Source: Trichodelitschia bisporula (Eukaryota). Taken from it: a stretch of 55,007 nt of DNA. The DNA lies in contig ML996702.1 in NCBI GenBank assembly GCA_010356995.1, forward strand, positions 741,609 through 796,615. The letters run 5' to 3'. A program made the translations under genes and the position numbers. Shown one piece after another: positions 47,701 through 55,007 of the stretch (position 1 is the first letter of the stretch; each line of letters begins with the position of its first letter). The notes under the pieces are model-generated. The model saw only the letters and a program-made list of their open reading frames with translations. It did no database searches and had not been told where the DNA came from.

Positions 47701-50234
47701 TGTTTTGGAGCACAAGCTCACAGAAATACGGGAGGACGGCTCATTGCCACCCGACTGGCCGGGTGTTGACATGATTCAGAAGTTGGTCGACATGGCAGTT
47801 CCGTTGTTCATTTTTGCCGACACCGTGTGCCGTTTCCTTGCTGAAGATATCGTCGATCCCAGCACAGCTTTGATGATGTTCCTCGACCACAAGAATCATG
47901 GCTCTCAGATGGAGCAAACCTACCTTCCCATTTTGGAACGACAGCTTGTACCGCTCAAGGGGAAGGAGTGGTACCGAGATAAAGTACTGCAAGATTTCCG
48001 AAAGATTATTGGTACGATCATTCTCCTTATCGAGCCACTCTCCACTGCCTCGCTTTCGAACTTTCTTGGTGTTGAAGAACGGGCTATCCGAATCACACTG
48101 CAGACACTGCATTCCGTGATCAGGATTCCAGAAGATCAAAACGCCCCAGTAAGGCTTTTCCACCTGTCTTTCCGCGACTTCCTTGTGGAACCTTGTGCGA
48201 AGGATTTTTGGGTGAATGAGCAGGAGACGCATGGGGAACTGGCCGGGAAGTGTCTCGAACTCATGTCTAGAAGCCTCAAAGAGGACATTTGCAACATCCA
48301 GGCAAACCAAGGTCCGGGAAAATTGCGGGCCGAAATCAGCGATGAAACGATAAAAGCGTACTTGCCAGCCGAAGTCCAGTATGCTTGCCAGTACTGGGTA
48401 CACCATCTCAAGAACAGCAAAGCACCTTTGTCCTACCAAGGCACAGTACAGGCCTTCCTGCAGGAGCATTTTTTGCATTGGCTCGAAGCCATGAGCCTGA
48501 TTGAGAGAATGACAGAGTCCGTCAATGCAGTTAGCACACTGCGGTCGCTTTTCTCGGTATGAGAGCCGCAATATTTCATCACAAGTTAGCTAACACAATA
48601 GACCGATAGCGGCAAAAACACCGAACTCCAGAGTTTTCTTTCCGATGCAAAAAGTTTTCTCCTAAAGAACTGGGGGATGATCGAGCATGCGCCGCTCCAA
48701 ACTTACATTTCCGCGCTTACCTTTGCTCCGGAGAGGAGTGCCATTCGAAAGCAATTCCACACGCAGAAGCCCCGCTGGATACGCCTGCAACCTAAAGTGC
48801 AAGACTGGGATGCGTGTTTTCAGACGCTCGAGGGCCATTCGGGATATGTCAGGGCCGTGGCCTTCTCGCCGGACGGCAAGCAGCTGGCGTCGGCATCTTC
48901 TGACAAGACGGTCAAGCTCTGGGACGCCGGCTCGGGAAAGGCGCTGCAGACGCTCGAGGGCCATTCGGGTTGGATCTGCGCCGTGGCCTTCTCGCCTGAC
49001 GGCAAGCAGCTGGCGTCGGCATCTTCTGACAAGACAGTCAAGCTGTGGGACGCCGGCTCGGGAAAGGCGCTNNNNNNNNNNNNNNNNNNNNNNNNNNNNN
49101 NNNNNNNNNNNNNNNNNNNNNNNNNNNNNNNNNNNNNNNNNNNNNNNNNNNNNNNNNNNNNNNNNNNNNNNNNNNNNNNNNNNNNNNNNNNNNNNNNNNN
49201 NNNNNNNNNNNNNNNNNNNNNNNNNNNNNNNNNNNNNNNNNNNNNNNNNNNNNNNNNNNNNNNNNNNNNNNNNNNNNNNNNNNNNNNNNNNNNNNNNNNN
49301 NNNNNNNNNNNNNNNNNNNNNNNNNNNNNNNNNNNNNNNNNNNNNNNNNNNNNNNNNNNNNNNNNNNNNNNNNNNNNNNNNNNNNNNNNNNNNNNNNNNN
49401 NNNNNNNNNNNNNNNNNNNNNNNNNNNNNNNNNNNNNNNNNNNNNNNNNNNNNNNNNNNNNNNNNNNNNNNNNNNNNNNNNNNNNNNNNNNNNNNNNNNN
49501 NNNNNNNNNNNNNNNNNNNNNNNNNNNNNNNNNNNNNNNNNNNNNNNNNNNNNNNNNNNNNNNNNNNNNNNNNNNNNNNNNNNNNNNNNNNNNNNNNNNN
49601 NNNNNNNNNNNNNNNNNNNNNNNNNNNNNNNNNNNNNNNNNNNNNNNNNNNNNNNNNNNNNNNNNNNNNNNNNNNNNNNNNNNNNNNNNNNNNNNNNNNN
49701 NNNNNNNNNNNNNNNNNNNNNNNNNNNNNNNNNNNNNNNNNNNNNNNNNNNNNNNNNNNNNNNNNNNNNNNNNNNNNNNNNNNNNNNNNNNNNNNNNNNN
49801 NNNNNNNNNNNNNNNNNNNNNNNNNNNNNNNNNNNNNNNNNNNNNNNNNNNNNNNNNNNNNNNNNNNNNNNNNNNNNNNNNNNNNNNNNNNNNNNNNNNN
49901 NNNNNNNNNNNNNNNNNNNNNNNNNNNNNNNNNNNNNNNNNNNNNNNNNNNNNNNNNGCTGTGGGACGCCGGCTCGGGAAAGGCGCTGCAGACGCTCGAG
50001 GGCCAATCGGATATCAACGCCGCGGCCTTCTGGCTGGACAGCAAGCAGTCGCCAGGTTCCGGATTGGATATTCCACGTTTCAGGATTGTCAGGGAATGGA
50101 TAACCATTGGCGCGGAAAGACGTCTTTGGCTTCCAGTCGAGTATCGCAGTCCGGTAGCCGTGGCCATTCGCGGGGATAAGATTGGCTTGGGGTATTGGTC
50201 TGGTCGGGTGCTGTGTATGGAATTTATTTGCTGA
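44730..50234 (+). CDS. Fungal NLR: alpha/beta-hydrolase (SesB/PGAP1-like) + truncated NB-ARC + helical N-terminal domain + NACHT + highly conserved WD40 repeats (HET-E-like)
   Basis: ATG-only exon 1; DIIFVHGLGG, LAHSMGG, DHHGVCKY; introns 44733-44872, 45923-45968, 46033-46079, 46571-46615, 48557-48601; NACHT GIAGTGKST and IVIDALDEC; APLQTYISALTFAP; 126-bp WD repeats spanning an assembly gap. Confidence 0.88.
48821..50005 (+). repeat. Tandem 126-bp WD40-coding repeats, mostly hidden in the N gap
   Basis: Units start at 48821 and 48947; the same sequence resumes after the gap at 49958. Confidence 0.92.
49072..49957. other. Assembly gap (886 N)
   Basis: Run of n. Confidence 1.
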
Positions 50235-50444
50235 AGTGTCTCTGTCTGAGGGTTCGTCGTGGAAACTAGCAGTGGCTGCTGCACGAGCCAAAACCAATGT
50301 ATCAATTGATCTCTGACTGTCGTGGGAGACCAATGCCGGGCCTTAACCTCATTGGCTCCCCGCGATCTTCCCCCGCGGCTGCTGCCACGTCACGCCAGCC
50401 TTCCCGCACCCCGCTGTATTGTTTGGAAGGTACCGAAAGACTTG

Positions 50445-51800
50445 TGTGAGAAGGGATTGACTTGATTAATTTTCTAGCAATGAGAGAGACTGTGTTTTGT
50501 ATATCCAAGTGATTGTCCTCTGGAATCTTCCAGCCTGTTCCCTTTTGCCACACATTACAAATTGTGTGTCACAGTCGGCTTCTGCTTGCCGACGCCACAG
50601 TTGGTCGCGCAATGATGTGGCGAGGTTGTCATATGCCACCGCCATCACTCCCTCTCAAGCTCGCAGCATCATTCTTTCCTCCCTCCGTTTATTCTGCTTG
50701 GATCTAGCCTGCAGTGATCGATGAGGCGGAGATGCACTTCAGGACTGAGTGCCTTCGTAAGTCCATCAGCGACCATCTGTGCAGTTGGTAGGTATGGAGT
50801 TGTGATCCGTCCAGCTTGCACCTGTTCTTGGACATAGTGGTATTGGACGTCGATGTGCTTGCTGCGCTTGTGGAACTCTGGATTCTTTCCTAGAGCTATT
50901 GCGCTTTGGTTATCTGCATGAACCTTGATGGGTTCTCTGCCTTCCTGGTGGAAGCCCAATTCCATAAGCAGCTGCTTGAGCCATGTCGCTTCTCTGATCG
51001 CTTGGCACATAGCAATGTACTCGGCCTCGGTCGTCGATAGGGCGACGATTGATTGGCGCTTCGATGTCCAGCTGATGGGTCCTCCGTTCAGGGTAAATAT
51101 ATATGCCCCTGTCGAGCGTCTTGTTGCACTGTCTTCGGCGAAGCTGGCGTCTGTGTACCCAGCAAGTTCGATCGTTTTGTCGTCACTCACTCCACCGTAC
51201 ACAATATGATAATTGATCGTACTGCGTAGGTAGAGGAAAATCCTTTTGAGCGCATTCCAATGCTCTGGTCCAGGGTTCTTCATGTGTTGTGCAAGGGAGG
51301 AGACTGCGAAGGCGATGTCTGGACGTGTCATGGTCATTGCGTGCATGACGGAGCCTAATTGTGCGGCGAACTCGTTTCTTACTGTATCGGTTGCAATGCC
51401 GTCGTATGGCTCGAGTCGTTGGCCTGTCACCATTGGTGTTTTGATGTTGCGGCCATTGCGGCTGTACCCGTATTTGTCGAGGATTCTCTCGAGGTATGCC
51501 TTCTGACTAAGAGTGATCGTCCTTGCTCTGCGGTCGCGTGTGATCTCCATTCCTAGGTAGTGCTTGATGGCTCCTAGGTTTGTCGTTTTGAACTCCCTGC
51601 TCAGTTGGCTGACGACCTGCTTCATGGCGGATTTGTCGCTGCCTATGAGCTTGATGTCGTCCACATAGACTGTCATGGTCAGTCCCGTGCGGATGTTGCC
51701 TTTGACGAAAACGTTGCTGTCCGCCGTAAGTGGCTTGAATCCGATTTTTGTCAGAAATGTTGTGAGCCTTTTTGCCCACTCGCGGGCTGACTGTTTGAGA
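50445..51800 (-). mobile_element. 5'-truncated Ty1/copia retrotransposon: RT-RNaseH, PPT and 3' LTR (50445-50647)
   Basis: LKQSAREW, TVYVDD, YLGMEI, TRPDIAFAV, GYTDASFA..RRSTG, STTEAEY, KHIDVQYH, ADGLTK; TTGAGAGGGAG PPT directly before the TG of the LTR. Confidence 0.95.
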
Positions 51801-52052
51801 TGTCGGCATACCCGATGTCGTGTTACCCAGAAAGGCAGGCTTGGCACGGCGAACACCGAAGTGGCGAAGATGGACGACGCCGGAAGTCCGATGGACGACG
51901 CCGGAAGTCCGATGGACGACGCCGGAAGTCCGATGGACGACGCCGGAAGTCCGATGAAGTTCAGGAACATCCTGGAGACCCATCACGGATATATACTGTT
52001 CATTCTGTAAACTAGAGAAGGCAACAAGCTAGGCAATCAATCTTTTCTCACA
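51801..52052 (+). mobile_element. Second LTR-like sequence in opposite orientation, truncating the copia ORF
   Basis: Begins TG exactly where RT homology stops; ends caatcaatcttttctcaca like the other LTR; contains a TATATA box and a 21-bp tandem repeat. Confidence 0.55.
51869..51956. repeat. Perfect 21-bp tandem repeat x4
   Basis: gatggacgacgccggaagtcc. Confidence 0.95.
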
Positions 52053-52181
52053 CAATTCTTTGAGCACTTCCGCCAAAAGGAGAACCATCACGGATATATA
52101 CTGTTCATTCTGTAAACTAGAGAAGGCAACAAGCTGGGCAATCAATCTTTTCTCACACAATTCTTTGAGCACTTCCGCCAA
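51980..52181. repeat. 97-bp direct duplication (period 105) of the LTR 3' end and flank
   Basis: 51980-52076 vs 52085-52181, one mismatch seen. Confidence 0.92.
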
Positions 52182-52880
52182 CACACGAATCGGGTCATGC
52201 AGTCCGAAGACGGATTGAAGACGCCGCTCACGTAGCCGACGTTGAGATGCGGGGCAGGCGGGGGCAGGGGGCGGTGCACGGTGGGCGGCAGCCAGAGGGA
52301 TTTGAGCGTGGAGGTTGAGATGCGCAGACCGTTGCGCTGTGATATGGACCGGACTTGCGCGGCGGACATCGGGGCCGTGAAGGTGTGGAACGGCATCACG
52401 GTGGGCGCGGGCGGGACGGCGAGATTAGCCGGCAGGAGGGGGGGCGTATACGCCGCGAGCGGGCGCTGGTGCGGGCGCACGTACAAGTCCTGATACCACT
52501 GCCAGACAAGGCGCTTAACGATGCGCTCAACCAGCCTCACAACGCGCGCACCCTCCCACTTGCGCCCCGCCCAGGTGCGCAGCGTATCAACCACAAACTT
52601 CTCCAGGCCCTTCCTTTCGCCGTCCACGGCGATAACGGGCAGCGTGCGCGCAATCTGCTCCACGAGGGCAGAGTTGATGCATCCGATCCCCCACACTCCT
52701 CGCCGTCGGCGAGTTGTTTCCGGACCAGGGCGACGACGCGCTAGATCCAGCCGCTGCTCTGCGCGCCGGGCTGCAGGCTGTCGACTAGCCCGCCGGCCTC
52801 GTCGATGTGCCAGCGGTCGCGCTTGCCGTCGGACGTGGCGATGCCGCCTCTGCCCTTCCAGTTACACACTGAGTTTGTTA
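52182..52880 (-). pseudogene. Internal fragment of a fungal O-GlcNAc transferase-like gene (GT41)
   Basis: NSVCNWKGRGG...DRWHIDEAG; PTVMPFHTFT.PMSAAQVRSISQRNGLRIST..LKSLWLP...PHLNVGYVS..FN then, frameshifted, QSVFGLHDP; the NHPLAHLM segment is missing. Confidence 0.75.
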
Positions 52881-53240
52881 AAAGGAGGTGTGAGATTAAT
52901 GGAAACATCACAGCATCACAAGTTAGACCGAAGGTCTGTCCATGAACAAGTTGCTTAATTGTCAAAGAGGTGGGGATCCCGAGTCTACTTAGACTCGAGC
53001 CCTGTGGCTGAAACTGGGTAAGGCTGAACACAGCCACCGCTTTCCAACACTTGGAGTATTGCGATGAGTTGGTCGAATTCCTGCAACCTAACTATCTGCT
53101 GATATATATACATAAAGAGTGTCGAATGCACTTGCATAAACAGAAAGAACTAGAGCATATTCGAACTCAATGATATACCAATCTGATCCTTCTCGCCCCT
53201 TTGAACACTTTTCGGCGCAATGTTTTGATGGGGTGTGGTT

Positions 53241-53349
53241 AGTCAAGCAGTCAATCGCTTAAGCAGTCAATCGATCAAGTAGTCAAGCAATGAAGCAGTC
53301 AATCGATCAAGCAGTCAATCGATCAAAAGCAGTCAAGCGATCAAACAGC
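53241..53349. repeat. Degenerate ~16-bp tandem repeat
   Basis: aagcagtcaatcgatc units. Confidence 0.8.
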
Positions 53350-54387
53350 TCAAACGCTTATCAAGCCGCTCTTCATTAAACCGCTGATCAAGCAGCTCTT
53401 AAATCGTTCATCTGGGTAGCTTGAACCTGAACGGCTGGCCCGATCTGAACGGTTGGCTGAACCACGGGCTGCTGGACCGTGACTGCTGGCCGAACCTGAG
53501 CAGGCTGGACCGAACGGTTGGCCGAGTCTGAACAGGCTGCTGGACCTGGATGACAGGCCGGACCGGCTTCCGAACCGTCACTTGGATGCTGCCTAGTATG
53601 TCCGGCGCTGGCGTCATCTGGGGCTTCGGCTCCACCTGAATCGTCTCGCCCTGGGGTGGACCTTTGCCATGTGGCGTAGACACACGCCGCACCGGCGGCA
53701 TCACGACATGGGCCGTCTTCCGCAGCTTCTCGGCCACAGCGGGACAGTGGTGCGCAACATGGGCCTTGTCGGAGACCAGCCTTGTCGAACAGGCTCAACC
53801 GGAGCGGTTCGCGGGCGCTGACCCGTCGGCTCGACAACGCCGGCAGCCCCGCAGAACTGTATTCGGTGAGGGCGCCGGGATGCAGCAGCTGGCGTAGCTT
53901 GGGGAGTGACTGCTCGAGCAGCTGGGATGTACGGTGCGGGTTCTGCGCCTCGGTGTCCACGTCGAGCGGTGGGTGGGCGCGGCGCCGCTCGAGACCGCTG
54001 GGGTACACGACGGGCGGCACGGCGGGACCGGCTAGCTACTCGCCTTCCCGCTAGCAGCCAGTGCGTGCGGTCCAACGGGTTCCACGATGAGCTCTGACGC
54101 AGCAGCAGCAGGCGCGGATTGCGGTGAACAACATTCGCGGTGGCAGAGGCGGGGGCTAGGAACGCCGGGGGGCAGGTAGGGGAAGTTAATGGGTGTTATG
54201 GGGGTGGTGGCGGTCTTCGACGACCTCCGCACCGCCTCCCGTGCTGTGCTGCCAGTCAAATTCTACGCCGCGCCCGACTCCACAACCCTTTTGTGCTTAT
54301 GGATCCACACGGTCGGGAGATGGTTTGAGCGGCGGCGCACTCCATTCCTCTATCGGAGTCAATGAGTCGCCGCCCCGACAACGCGAG

Positions 54388-54480
54388 TGCGTCCATACCG
54401 GGGAAAAGCCGTTTGCCTGTGAATGTGGCGAGAAATTTTACCAACGTGGGAACCTTCGCCAGCCACAAGCGAAGTATCAT
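54388..54480 (+). pseudogene. Degenerate C2H2 zinc-finger fragment
   Basis: HTGEKPFACECGEKFYQRGNLRQPQAKYH: canonical TGEKP linker, but the first ligand His appears as Pro and the preceding finger is absent. Confidence 0.6.
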
Positions 54481-54702
54481 GAGTATCGGAAGGGTCATAT
54501 CTCAATTAAGCGGGGGCGCCTGTTAGGACCCCTGTTCCGTCTCCGCAGCGTCACCTCTGTCTGAACGTGACTCAGGCAACGCTATCCCACACTCCGATTA
54601 TCGCGTGGGGTGACTAGCGAGCTGAGTGCGGGGTTGTACCGTGGCGGGGGAAGGGAGACGAGCTGAGGCAGTGGCGCAGGTGGCGACTGGGCTGGTGGCA
54701 CG

Positions 54703-54793
54703 GGTGAAGTTGGTGGCGCGGGTGGAGTTGGTGGCGCGGGTGGAGTTGGTGGCGCGGGTGGAGTTGGTGGCGCGGGTGGAGTTGGTGGCGCGG
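54703..54793. repeat. 18-bp tandem repeat x5
   Basis: ggtggagttggtggcgcg (PPTPPA on the minus strand). Confidence 0.93.
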
Positions 54794-55007
54794 AGGAGAT
54801 AGTGGCGCGGGTGGAGGTGGCGCTCAAGAATCAGGCTCTCTGTGCAGGGTCTCGGATGACATACACAGGATTATCCCCCTAGCATCCTAGCATAGCTTCA
54901 CGTCTTTATCAATGGAGGCTAATGAGAGGACATGCTGTACGTGACCGTCTCCCTTTTCCGCCTTGGACCAGGTTGAGCTAGGGCCTGGCCCCGTCTTCGT
55001 CAACGCT

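Noticed and set aside
48662..50333. Long ORFs crossing the N run
   Set aside because: Artefacts of the gap; only the WD40 frame is meaningful
53388..54075. Overlapping Pro/Gln/Val-rich minus-strand ORFs (possible gag remnant)
   Set aside because: Low complexity, frame ambiguous, no complete diagnostic motif

Overview
Gene-dense, GC-rich region of a filamentous ascomycete (Pezizomycotina) genome with very short spliceosomal introns (mostly 38-60 nt). The stretch 1-43 kb is mainly housekeeping and metabolic genes: GH127-like hydrolase, F-box protein, Tdp1-like, divergent URM1/ELP2, amino-acid permease, divergent UPF1/IMP4, coatomer epsilon, C2H2 TF, glutathione peroxidase, LtrA, Na+/H+ antiporter, MFS, P450 and RRD2. 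It is interrupted at 29-31.6 kb by a decayed island (frameshifted gene, hevein-domain fragment, solo LTR). From about 43 kb the window is accessory: a fungal NLR flanked by retroelement debris, a truncated Ty1/copia RT-RNaseH with PPT and 3' LTR, and pseudogene fragments (O-GlcNAc transferase, C2H2). Main observations: (1) the NLR looks like a recent in-frame fusion of a hydrolase-NB-ARC gene, broken inside its P-loop, onto a complete NACHT-WD40 NLR with near-identical hypervariable repeats; (2) a 3-exon gene not recovered intact by the ORF track encodes a small protein with two Cx2C-x10-Cx2C repeats; (3) URM1 and ELP2, from the two arms of the tRNA U34 modification pathway, sit head-to-head 127 bp apart; (4) a likely CUG-initiated mitochondrial extension of the glutathione peroxidase. 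All gene models are manual readings of splice signals and no database searches were run.
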